Assembly (NCBI GenBank): GCA_039811685.1
Contig: JBDHZC010000008.1
Span: 1-64,000 of the forward strand
DNA length: 64,000 bases
Reading direction: 5' to 3'
From: Armatimonadota bacterium
Lineage (GTDB): Bacteria > Armatimonadota > UBA5829 > DSUL01
Of the stretch, positions 51,627 through 60,384 are shown in pieces. Position numbers and translations under genes: made by a program. Each line of letters opens with the position of its first letter. Position 1 is the stretch's first letter. The notes beneath the pieces were generated by a model. The model searched no databases and was not told the origin of the DNA. It saw nothing but the letters and a program-made list of their open reading frames with translations.

Positions 51627-52727
51627 CTAGACCTGAACCTTGAAAACCAGCCATTCCACAAATCGCAGCAGCCACGTCAGAAGCATGATGCTGAGAAAGA
51701 TCATAAACCCCCAGTAAATGATTCCGCTCTGGAGCGCTGCATCAAGACCCGCCGGCAAGACTGTGTGTCCCGGAGTCGCCGCCGTCCCCGATACCGCGAA
51801 AGACAACTTTATGGCGACTCTCTCCAGCGAAGCGACCGACAAGTCGAGCGCCTGATGAATCCGCCCGGCATTCAACCACAATACGAGAAAGGTCGCAGCA
51901 AAAGCAACCGGTACAAAAGTCTTGTATTTGACTTGCTGGTGCTGAGCGTAGATGGGACACCTGCGACATCTTTCACGTTTCTGTGCCGGGGTAAGAGTTG
52001 GCGGCGATCCCTGGCTGGAGAGCAGCCCCTTGCGCACCTGGTCGTAAAACCCCTTGCTTCCCTCGCGAATCTCAACAGCTCGCAGGATGATCTTTTCCTC
52101 GCAGAAGCACCCTTCTTTTTTACGCCAGCAAGCCTTGCGCTCAGTGAAGCGCGGACAGAGATTGCGCACGTATGGCCGGCAATAGTCTGTCTGCCAGCAA
52201 GCCAGCGCGGGACCCGGGATTTTCTCGGCCGCCTCCTTCTGGTGCGGAACCGGGACTGTGCGGGACTTTCGCCGGCCGCTCCACGCAGCGGCGATTCTCT
52301 GGCTCAGATCATACGCGATCACCAGCGCGCCAGGAATCCAGCATGCCAAAGCTATCCGCAGAGCCGCGTGTGCCATTGCCGACAGAAAATCCGGACCTTT
52401 GACTGGCAGAAGAACCGGCGCAGCGAAGGGAACTCCCCAGTAGATGACTCCTCCCACAAGAGCCAGCGCGTAGCCTGTCGCCTCCTCCGTCCCGTATTCC
52501 ACTGCTGCGCCTATGGCCAGGAGAGCCACACCCCACACCAGCACGCGCAGCATGAGGCCGTAGCTGGCAAGCATCCGAGCGCGCTCCGCTGCGGGGATAG
52601 TCGTGGAGAGGCCGGGAGCTGTCGCCAGTGCGAAGATCAGCAGGGCGACGCCGATCAACGAGAACGCTAATCCGAGCCGAATCGCCAGAGGGCTCACGCG
52701 CAGCAGAATTGTTCTAATGCTGTCCAA
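51627..52727 (-). CDS. Hypothetical multi-pass membrane protein with a Cys-rich (two-CW-like) soluble loop
   Basis: About six hydrophobic segments; CWQ...C...CP...CW...CFC...CRRC pattern. Confidence 0.75.
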   Translation of the reverse strand: MDSIRTILLRVSPLAIRLGLAFSLIGVALLIFALATAPGLSTTIPAAERARMLASYGLMLRVLVWGVALLAIGAAVEYGTEEATGYALALVGGVIYWGVPFAAPVLLPVKGPDFLSAMAHAALRIALACWIPGALVIAYDLSQRIAAAWSGRRKSRTVPVPHQKEAAEKIPGPALACWQTDYCRPYVRNLCPRFTERKACWRKKEGCFCEEKIILRAVEIREGSKGFYDQVRKGLLSSQGSPPTLTPAQKRERCRRCPIYAQHQQVKYKTFVPVAFAATFLVLWLNAGRIHQALDLSVASLERVAIKLSFAVSGTAATPGHTVLPAGLDAALQSGIIYWGFMIFLSIMLLTWLLRFVEWLVFKVQV

Positions 52728-52864
52728 AGCGCTGATGCCCCCTGCGTCCGGTCTCGCTTGCTACCCGAAGGGCAACCTCCAGCGATCGCCACCTCCGGGT
52801 CCGGAGAAAGCTCCAGTACGCATAAGCCCTGCGGGCGTTGCGCCCGGCTAACGGCGCGGAAGCG

Positions 52865-53425
52865 CTATCGCACTCTCTCCAGATAAGAGTCTGTACGGGT
52901 ATCAACTTTGACCTTGTCACCGACATTGATAAAGAAGGGTACTCCCACAACAGCGCCTGTCTCCAGTGTTGCAGGCTTGGAACCGCCGGAGGCCGTGTCA
53001 CCCTTCATATTTGCAGTCGTCTCCACCACTTCCAACTCGACGAAAAACGGGATCTCTGCGTCAATAACATTGCCGTTGTGGATAACTGCTGTCACCGGAG
53101 AGTTTTCTTTCATGTACTTGACCTGATCGCCTATGAGAGAGGCGTTGATGTGAACCTGGTCAAAGGTCTCCATATCCATCAGGACAAGCTCATCGCCATC
53201 GTTGTAGAGATACTCCATCTCCTTGCGCTCTACGACGGCCTGTTCCATGCGCTCCCCGGCACGAAATGTCTTCTCCGTAACGGCGCCACTGCGCAGATTC
53301 TTGAGTCTGGTACGCACAAATGCGCCGCCCTTTCCGGGCTTCACGTGCTGGAATTCGACGATGGTGTAGATGTCACCGTCCTGTATAATGTGCAGGCCGT
53401 TTCTGAAATCGCTGGTGTCGATCAA
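52865..53425 (-). CDS. efp: Elongation factor P
   Basis: QHVKPGKGGAFVR, GDTASGGSKPATLETG. Start moved to TTG 53425 (GGAGG SD at 53433-53438). Confidence 0.97.
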   Translation of the reverse strand: MIDTSDFRNGLHIIQDGDIYTIVEFQHVKPGKGGAFVRTRLKNLRSGAVTEKTFRAGERMEQAVVERKEMEYLYNDGDELVLMDMETFDQVHINASLIGDQVKYMKENSPVTAVIHNGNVIDAEIPFFVELEVVETTANMKGDTASGGSKPATLETGAVVGVPFFINVGDKVKVDTRTDSYLERVR

Positions 53426-53488
53426 ACGCAATCCTCCTGAAAGTGTAGAGTCAGTAAAGTGCCATATCTGTCGTGTTGCGCGGCGGTT

Positions 53489-53497
53489 ATTATAGCA
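53489..53497 (-). promoter_or_regulatory. Extended -10 promoter element of the efp-acc-nusB-folD operon
   Basis: TGcTATAAT on the minus strand, about 65 nt upstream of efp. Confidence 0.6.
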
Positions 53498-53823
53498 CGC
53501 TGCGGCAAAGGAGCACTGCGGGAGTAACATCTCTATCCGTCAGGGCCGCTACATGCCATAATACATTAGGAAACGCGTTAGCGTCTCTTTTTTCACTCGC
53601 CAGCCCGAGCGCACCGCGGCGAAATCAGCCAGACTCATTGCGACGCCCACCGCGCAACGGGAGCGTCGTCAGCCACAAAGCTGAAAGCCATTAACTGACT
53701 CTGGCACTCATCGCAATTCAGCCGTCTAACACAGTTGCAGAACTCCACTATATTCGAAGCCGACTGCGCTCTGACACGCGACAAAAGCGTGCTCAAGCCT
53801 GCCGCACAGGAGCCATTCACTCT

Positions 53824-56800
53824 ATGAAGCCCACTTCAGCCTGTCTGAGACTTCTTGCTTTTGCGCTGTTGAACGCTTTTCTGTTACCTGCTGCGGTTCA
53901 AGGCGCGGTTGATCAGGCCGACGCAGCGCGAATAATGCCGGTCTCCCAGGTTAGAGCCGGAATGCGCGGGTACGGACTAACTGTTTTTCACGGGCAGACG
54001 ATTGAACGCTTCGACGTGAAGGTGGAGGGGGTGCTTCCCAATATCAATTCCGGCCGCCCGCTGATTCTGGTAAGGGTCGGTGGAGGTCAACTCAGCAGAC
54101 GCGCCATCAACATCGCCGAAGGGATGAGCGGTAGCCCGATTTACATCGGTGGCAAAATAATCGGCGCAATTGCCTACGCCGGCAGCTTTGCTGTTGAGCC
54201 ACTTGGGCTGGTCACGCCGATTGAAGACATGCTTGGCGCGTGGGACCCCAAAATGCCTACGGTACCGCCCGGAACCGGACAGATCAAGCCACTGCCCCAG
54301 CCAATCAGGATTGACGGAAAGGCGATGACATCCGTCGGTATTCTGCCCTCAGTAGATAGCAAACCCACAGGCGATGATCCAACGTGCGGGTGGTTCCGGC
54401 CGATGGCAACGCCACTCATTGCTTCAGGACTCTCGGCAAAGACGCTGGCGATGGCGAGCGATAAGCTGTCCATGCTCCCGGTGAGTGTTCGCCCCGGACC
54501 TGGCCGGATGCCGGGCACGCAGATTCCACTGAAGGAAGGCTCCGCAGTTGGCTTCTCCCTGGCAACCGGTGACGTGGAGATGACGGCCATCGGTACTGTG
54601 ACGTACGTGCGCGGCGGCCGTGTGCTGGCCTTTGGCCATCCATTTCTCGGCATGGGTCCGATTCAACTCCCTATGAGCACCGTCTGGGTGCACGATGTCT
54701 TTCCGAGCTACGAAGCCTCTTACAAAATGGCGTCACCAGTTTCGATTGTGGGCACATCCGCTCAGGACATGCCCTTCTCCGTGGCGGGAGTCATCGGCAA
54801 GGCGGCGGAGATGGTTCCTGTTGAGGTCAACGTGCGGGGAGATACAGCAGGACCCGGAAGACGCTTCCATGTCAACATTCTGAAGCATCCGCTTCTGACG
54901 CCGGTGCTGGCCAGGCTCGTCACGAGCGAGGCGCTCTCGCGCGAGCGCCCGTACCCTGGAGAAGCGATGGCCAGAGTCAGTGTGGCGGTCACGGGGAAAG
55001 ACATCGGGACGGTGAAGCGCAGCAATTTGTTCTTCAGCCCGGTGGACATCACGCAAAGCGCGCTGGGCGATTTGCAGGACATCATCAGCCTGCTGCAGGA
55101 CAACAGATTTCATCCGGTTGCGATTACAAAGCTGAGCCTTGATGTGGATATCATCCAGACTCGCCAAACCGCAGACATCGAACGGATGACCATTGACAGG
55201 TCAGTCTATCAACCCGGAGAGACCATTGACGTTGCTGTGCAGATTCGCCCCTACAGCAAGGACCCCGTCGTCCGGCACGTTGCCGTCAAAGTACCGGACA
55301 ACGCAATGGACGGGCGGGCGATTCTGATTGTGCAGGGAGGAAGCGCGGCCAGTGGCATGCCAGCGCTACCACTTGTGGTCGGTTCCCAGGCTGTGGCCAA
55401 ACCGGCCTCACCGGGAGAAATCCGCGAAGCCGCAAGCATAAAGCAGATGTTGCAGCGCTACTCGGAGCTGAACACCAACGATCAGCTCGTCACAAGACTC
55501 CAGCTTCCCACAGCTTCCTTCAGTATTGAGGGAGAAAAGCTCGTGAACTTCCCGCCTGCGATGGAGAATGCTATCCAGACACCGCGCGCCACGTCTTCAA
55601 CTTTGATACGCGATGAAGTCAAGGTCGCGAGCACGACGGATTGGTACGTCAACGGAACGCAAGGGTTGCCGCTTGTAATCAGGCGCAAAAGCCATTCCGA
55701 GAAAGCGACTTCCGCAGCACCTCCAGCATCCGCCTCTCCTACCGAAACAACACCCGAATCGACCGACCAGGACGCCTCCAAGACTGTGGTAGCCATTCTG
55801 GATGACGGATCAGAGGACGTGTCTGTGTCACAGGCTCACAGAGAGCCCTGGCTTCAGCAGTTCAATGCCGCAAGCTCGGACACTGATTCCTCAAGTGATG
55901 CAGAAGCGAACGTGTCCGACGACACTACTCAGGACACCTCGTCAGAGGACACTGCGTCAACAGTCTCGGGTGACGACACTTCAAAGAGCGCTGCATCGCC
56001 GGAAACCTCCGCGGACGCCGCAAAGCCGGATGGTTCAACGTCCAAGAAGCCGGAACAAAACGGCAAGCCCAAGGTTGCAGACATTGGACGCACCACCAAA
56101 ACGTGGCTGCAGACAAGTGAGGCGGATTTCCTTAAGGGTGATCCGACAGGCGCCAGCGTAAGCTCCGCCGGAGCTGTTGTTCCAGGATACAACCTGTCCA
56201 GAATCGGCTCTGTGGAAGACCCGTACATCTGGGCTTTGTGTCAATACGGCGACGATGCTTTTCTGGCGGCAACAGGAAGCAAAGGGCGCGTCTGGAAAAT
56301 CAACAAGGACTTGAGTCAACCGTTGTTCTCAGTCAGTGGCTCACAGGCTACCAGTCTGACGCTCACGTCAGATAGTCGAATCTGGGCCGGGAGCTCCCCA
56401 GATGGCGCCGTGTGGAGTTTTGAGAAGGGAGAAGCTCGAAAGGTCGCGACACTGCCAACCAAACACATAGCCGCACTGGCTTTGGCAGGCAGTGACAGTG
56501 TCTATGCGGCGGCGGGCGATAGCGGAAAAATCTGGCTTGTCACGGCAAACGGCACAGTATCGCTTTATGCTGACACACACCAGCGCAACACGCAGACTCT
56601 CAAGGCAGCCGACGGCGTTTTGTACGCTGGCACGTCAGGTGATGCGGCGGTCTGGAAGATAGCCGATGGACGCGCTGAGGCACTGCTGCGAGTGAATGAA
56701 GATTATGTCAGCAGTGTTGGTGTCACGAGCGGAGGCGTTGTGTATGCGTCAACAGGGCCACGCGGCAAAGTGTACCGAATCGAGCAGGGAAAGTCGGCAC

Positions 56801-58215
56801 TGGCCGTTGTGGACAAGCTGAAAGGTTCTTCCGCTCCGCTGGTTGTAAACGCCGACCAGTCGGTCACAGTTGTAGATGATGAAAGCGTCTATCGCCTGTT
56901 TCCAGACAACACAAAGACGACTCAAAAGGCTGACGATCTGCAGGATGTATTTGCTTTGAGCGCAACATCGGCAGGTGACATAATCGGAGGGACGACAAAT
57001 GGCAGCGTGCTCTGGCGGCTCAGCCCGGCCACGAGCGCCTCATTTGAATCCGCCGTCCACGACGCGGGCCGGCTCGCTCGCTGGGGATTTGTCCAGGACG
57101 TTACAAGAGGTGGAAAGACACAGCTTGAAGTGCGTTGCGGCAACACTCCGGAGCCTGATCAGACCTGGAGTGCCTGGAAGGCCGTGGACAACAGCTCCAG
57201 CGCCGGAATCAGCAGCCAGAGATATCTGCAATATCGAGCGAAGCTGTCTGATGGATCGGCGCGGTTGGAGCAGGTTCAGATCAGCTATCTGCCCGTGAAT
57301 CAGCCTCCAACAGTGAAGCTGACAAAACCCGTCGCGGGCGCGGTGATTAGCGGCAGTCAGACGGTCTCCTGGTCCGGAAGCGATCCAGACGGGGACAAAC
57401 TGAGCTACAAACTGTTCTATTCAGCGGACAAAGGCAAGACCTGGAAGGTCCTGGACGGGGCGGTGGCCCGCGCATCCTCCACGGCGCAGACTACAGAGAC
57501 CAAATCCGAGCCGCCCAGCTCCACTCAGAAGCCCGCAGCCCAAAAGGTGACTCTACCTGACCGGGCCGAACTGGAAGCTATGCTCAAAGACCATCCAGAA
57601 ATTCCGGCTGAATTGCGCGAGCAGATACTGGCTTCAGCGCCGGAGGTGCGCGAGAAGTTCAGCACTGAGTTGGAAGCGGAAAAGCAGGAAAAAGCAGCGA
57701 GCGCCGCCGGGACCGCGGCATCACAGGAGAAGTCTGAGAAATCCACGACCAACACATCCTACACCTGGGATACAACCAAATTCGACGATGGACTCTATCT
57801 GCTCAAAATCGAAGCCTCCGACGCACTTGCGAACGGTCCTGACGCCTTGACCCACACAGCCCAGATTGGCCCTATCCGCGTTGCCAACGCAAAGCCCGAG
57901 ATCAGACTCTTTGGCTGGGCTGAGCCGGAAGATGGTGGAGAGCTCATGGTCAGAGGACACGCCAGCAGCAAGTCCGCGACGATCGTCACTGTCCAGTATC
58001 GCGTTGACGAAAAGGGTGACTGGGCGGTCGCCGTGCCTGCAGACGGGATGTTTGACGGCTTCATTGAGGACTTCAGAGTGCCTTTGAAGGGCATCAAAGA
58101 CGGCCAGCACACCGTTGAGGCACAGATTAAGGATTCGGCCGGAAACACGGCGCGCGTTGAGCGGACGATCAAGATCAGAGCAAAAGCGGCGCAGAAGCCA
58201 AAAACTGAACCGTGA
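53824..58215 (+). CDS. Secreted SpoIVB-like (peptidase S55) protein fused to beta-propeller and Ig/FN3-like domains
   Basis: Signal peptide; GMRGYGLTVF, IAEGMSGSPIY (S55 serine motif), LAFGHPF; low-complexity linker; two-component-regulator-propeller-like repeats; NQPPTV...WSGSDPDGDKLSY. Confidence 0.82.
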   Translation: MKPTSACLRLLAFALLNAFLLPAAVQGAVDQADAARIMPVSQVRAGMRGYGLTVFHGQTIERFDVKVEGVLPNINSGRPLILVRVGGGQLSRRAINIAEGMSGSPIYIGGKIIGAIAYAGSFAVEPLGLVTPIEDMLGAWDPKMPTVPPGTGQIKPLPQPIRIDGKAMTSVGILPSVDSKPTGDDPTCGWFRPMATPLIASGLSAKTLAMASDKLSMLPVSVRPGPGRMPGTQIPLKEGSAVGFSLATGDVEMTAIGTVTYVRGGRVLAFGHPFLGMGPIQLPMSTVWVHDVFPSYEASYKMASPVSIVGTSAQDMPFSVAGVIGKAAEMVPVEVNVRGDTAGPGRRFHVNILKHPLLTPVLARLVTSEALSRERPYPGEAMARVSVAVTGKDIGTVKRSNLFFSPVDITQSALGDLQDIISLLQDNRFHPVAITKLSLDVDIIQTRQTADIERMTIDRSVYQPGETIDVAVQIRPYSKDPVVRHVAVKVPDNAMDGRAILIVQGGSAASGMPALPLVVGSQAVAKPASPGEIREAASIKQMLQRYSELNTNDQLVTRLQLPTASFSIEGEKLVNFPPAMENAIQTPRATSSTLIRDEVKVASTTDWYVNGTQGLPLVIRRKSHSEKATSAAPPASASPTETTPESTDQDASKTVVAILDDGSEDVSVSQAHREPWLQQFNAASSDTDSSSDAEANVSDDTTQDTSSEDTASTVSGDDTSKSAASPETSADAAKPDGSTSKKPEQNGKPKVADIGRTTKTWLQTSEADFLKGDPTGASVSSAGAVVPGYNLSRIGSVEDPYIWALCQYGDDAFLAATGSKGRVWKINKDLSQPLFSVSGSQATSLTLTSDSRIWAGSSPDGAVWSFEKGEARKVATLPTKHIAALALAGSDSVYAAAGDSGKIWLVTANGTVSLYADTHQRNTQTLKAADGVLYAGTSGDAAVWKIADGRAEALLRVNEDYVSSVGVTSGGVVYASTGPRGKVYRIEQGKSALAVVDKLKGSSAPLVVNADQSVTVVDDESVYRLFPDNTKTTQKADDLQDVFALSATSAGDIIGGTTNGSVLWRLSPATSASFESAVHDAGRLARWGFVQDVTRGGKTQLEVRCGNTPEPDQTWSAWKAVDNSSSAGISSQRYLQYRAKLSDGSARLEQVQISYLPVNQPPTVKLTKPVAGAVISGSQTVSWSGSDPDGDKLSYKLFYSADKGKTWKVLDGAVARASSTAQTTETKSEPPSSTQKPAAQKVTLPDRAELEAMLKDHPEIPAELREQILASAPEVREKFSTELEAEKQEKAASAAGTAASQEKSEKSTTNTSYTWDTTKFDDGLYLLKIEASDALANGPDALTHTAQIGPIRVANAKPEIRLFGWAEPEDGGELMVRGHASSKSATIVTVQYRVDEKGDWAVAVPADGMFDGFIEDFRVPLKGIKDGQHTVEAQIKDSAGNTARVERTIKIRAKAAQKPKTEP

Positions 58216-58221
58216 GCGCGG

Positions 58222-58803
58222 TCAGTGCTGCGCGGCCAGATCCTGCTTCATCCACTCAATGTTGCGTGGGATGGTGGGGTCGGCAGGGTCAAGAGACTGT
58301 GCGTAGGTCATAACGCGAATTGCGTCCTTGAGTAGTCCGAGACGGCGGTAACAGTGCGCCAGCGTCTTCCAGGCTTCAACGGGCGCTGAGCGGTTGCAGG
58401 CGTGGCTAAGCCAGAGAGCAGCCTTCAGATAGTCTCCGCGGCCGGACCAGTGCAATCCCGCTTCAAAGTAGGGTTCGTAGTCATCCGGATTGGCCCGGAC
58501 GGCCTCAGCAAACATGCTCTGCGCCTCACTGTCGCGTCCAGAGCTCCACAACAGCCACGCGGCCAGGGAGTAAACGCGCACGTCGTGAGGGTTGCGCGCA
58601 ATCTGCATCTTGAACTCCTGCACGGCGCGCAGATAGTCGCCGCTGTGAAACCACTCGTCCGCCTGAGCGTCAAGCCTGTCAAAGATCTGGTTGATGATGA
58701 CGCCGGAGTTGTCCGCTGCCGCTTCAGACGAGGACGCACCTGCTCCGGGGCTGGCCCACGGAAGCGCGACAGTTGCGAGACACACGAGCAGGAGTGCTTT
58801 CAA
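58222..58803 (-). CDS. Exported TPR protein
   Basis: Signal peptide; helical TPR-like repeats (GDYLRAV...NP, A..ANPD, GDYLKAA, LDP). Confidence 0.8.
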   Translation of the reverse strand: MKALLLVCLATVALPWASPGAGASSSEAAADNSGVIINQIFDRLDAQADEWFHSGDYLRAVQEFKMQIARNPHDVRVYSLAAWLLWSSGRDSEAQSMFAEAVRANPDDYEPYFEAGLHWSGRGDYLKAALWLSHACNRSAPVEAWKTLAHCYRRLGLLKDAIRVMTYAQSLDPADPTIPRNIEWMKQDLAAQH

Positions 58804-58807
58804 AGTA

Positions 58808-59257
58808 TCAGATATGTATCATGTAGCCAGCCTGCGCGTTGGCTGAAAGTTGGATCTCCAGCATCTCCTGCAAAGTCATTCCGTCTGCAACTTCGGTGAT
58901 AGCTTTCGCCAGTCTTTCCCAGAATGCGTGAACACCGTAGGAAGAGTGGTGCTCACATTTGTCCAGACCGCCGGGCTCAAGACAGGCAATAGGCACAAGC
59001 TCACCTGAGAGCGTCCGCAAGACATCGCCGACTGTAGTCTCGGATGCTGGCTTCGCAAGCATGTAGCCACCCGACGCGCCTCGGACACTTCGAATCAGCC
59101 CACCTCGACGCAGAGTACTGAGAAGTTGCTCGAGAAACTGTTCTGGGATACCCTGGCGCGCAGCAATCTCCTTTGACTGAATCGGGCCGCCGCTGCCACG
59201 CTGCGCCAACTCGAGTACGGCGCGCAACCCGTAGTCTTCGCGTGCAGTAAAGTTCAT
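58808..59257 (-). CDS. Rrf2 family transcriptional regulator
   Basis: YGLRAVLELA, IAARQGIPEQFLEQ, SVRGASGGYMLA. Confidence 0.93.
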   Translation of the reverse strand: MNFTAREDYGLRAVLELAQRGSGGPIQSKEIAARQGIPEQFLEQLLSTLRRGGLIRSVRGASGGYMLAKPASETTVGDVLRTLSGELVPIACLEPGGLDKCEHHSSYGVHAFWERLAKAITEVADGMTLQEMLEIQLSANAQAGYMIHI

Positions 59258-59316
59258 CTCTTCTATGATTATAGACGCCTGGCTCAGAACCTGCCCACGC
59301 CCATTCCAGAGCGGCG

Positions 59317-60255
59317 CTATTCGAACGTCAGCCGCGAGATCTGAATCCCATTCAGGTCTGGCAGGAGGTATGCGATAAAGAGTTGTCCTCGGTCTTCGAC
59401 GATTTCCGGTGCGGCAATCGGCAGTGTGCCAACCAGACAGCGGTCGTCATTAATGCCGAAATTAGTGGGGTCTGTTGAGTGATAGACGCTAGTCCGCGCA
59501 TTGCGGCCGTAAACCTGTGTTCTAAACAGATAGAAGCTGCCATCCGGCGCCTGATAGACGAAAGGGGATTCAGCCGAACCAGGGCCATCTCCCGCCGAGC
59601 CGCCGAAGGCCACCCTGCGGGAAGCGCTCCACGTCTTCAAATTCCGCGAAGTCCGCAGAAACACTGCGCCTTTCCTGTCAATGATCGCGGTGTAATAGCA
59701 GTGCCAAACGCCCTCGATGTTGATAACCATTACGTCGCGGGTGTTGGACAGATCCCCCTCACTGAACATCCCCGCGCGCCCATTGTGAACAATGCGCTTG
59801 AAAGATTTTCCATCCTGAGACTCGGCCATGCAGATACTCTTCCAATCCCCGTAGAACATCAGAAACCTGTTGCGGGCCGGCAGCACGTAAGGCGCCTGGA
59901 GACCTCCGGGCGTCTCGCCTTTAGATGGGTCCGCTTGCATGGCGATTCCACGCGGAGTCCAGTTTGCGCTGGTCAGATGAGGGCTCTCCCAGCGGTAGAA
60001 CAGACGGGTTCGGCCAGGCTCCTTAGTATCGCGTATGCACGACCAGAGCTGCCAGGTCCCGTCCGCCGCTTTCCAGACTGCGAAATCAACAGGCTGCTGG
60101 TCAGGCCCCGTGAGATCACCCAGGTCCGGATTACCGGCGATTTGCCAGGGCTTGCCTTCCATCCTGGGCATCCGGGGGCCTGCGAGAGAACACGTGGAGC
60201 ATAGCCCCGCAAGCAGAATAACTTGAACCAGACATGATGAAAAGAAGGCATTCAT
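59317..60255 (-). CDS. Secreted beta-propeller glycoside hydrolase-like protein (GH32/GH43-like)
   Basis: Signal peptide from ATG 60255; DF, QAPYV, SQDG, RD, AESPFV, APEIV blade motifs. The 824-aa track ORF is over-extended. Confidence 0.72.
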   Translation of the reverse strand: MNAFFSSCLVQVILLAGLCSTCSLAGPRMPRMEGKPWQIAGNPDLGDLTGPDQQPVDFAVWKAADGTWQLWSCIRDTKEPGRTRLFYRWESPHLTSANWTPRGIAMQADPSKGETPGGLQAPYVLPARNRFLMFYGDWKSICMAESQDGKSFKRIVHNGRAGMFSEGDLSNTRDVMVINIEGVWHCYYTAIIDRKGAVFLRTSRNLKTWSASRRVAFGGSAGDGPGSAESPFVYQAPDGSFYLFRTQVYGRNARTSVYHSTDPTNFGINDDRCLVGTLPIAAPEIVEDRGQLFIAYLLPDLNGIQISRLTFE

Positions 60256-60384
60256 AGACGCTTGTTTCCACCGCTGTGGCGCGCTGTCCTGCGTGAGAGG
60301 CAACGGCAGGGATATGCGCCGTTCGAAGAGAAGCCTCTTGCGAATAAGGACGTCACGATAGATCGTGTTTGGAGGTAGCATCCA

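Noticed and set aside
55700..56080. Repetitive-looking Ser/Asp/Thr-coding DNA (GACAC... recurrences)
   Set aside because: Low-complexity protein linker, not a regular DNA repeat or CRISPR array.
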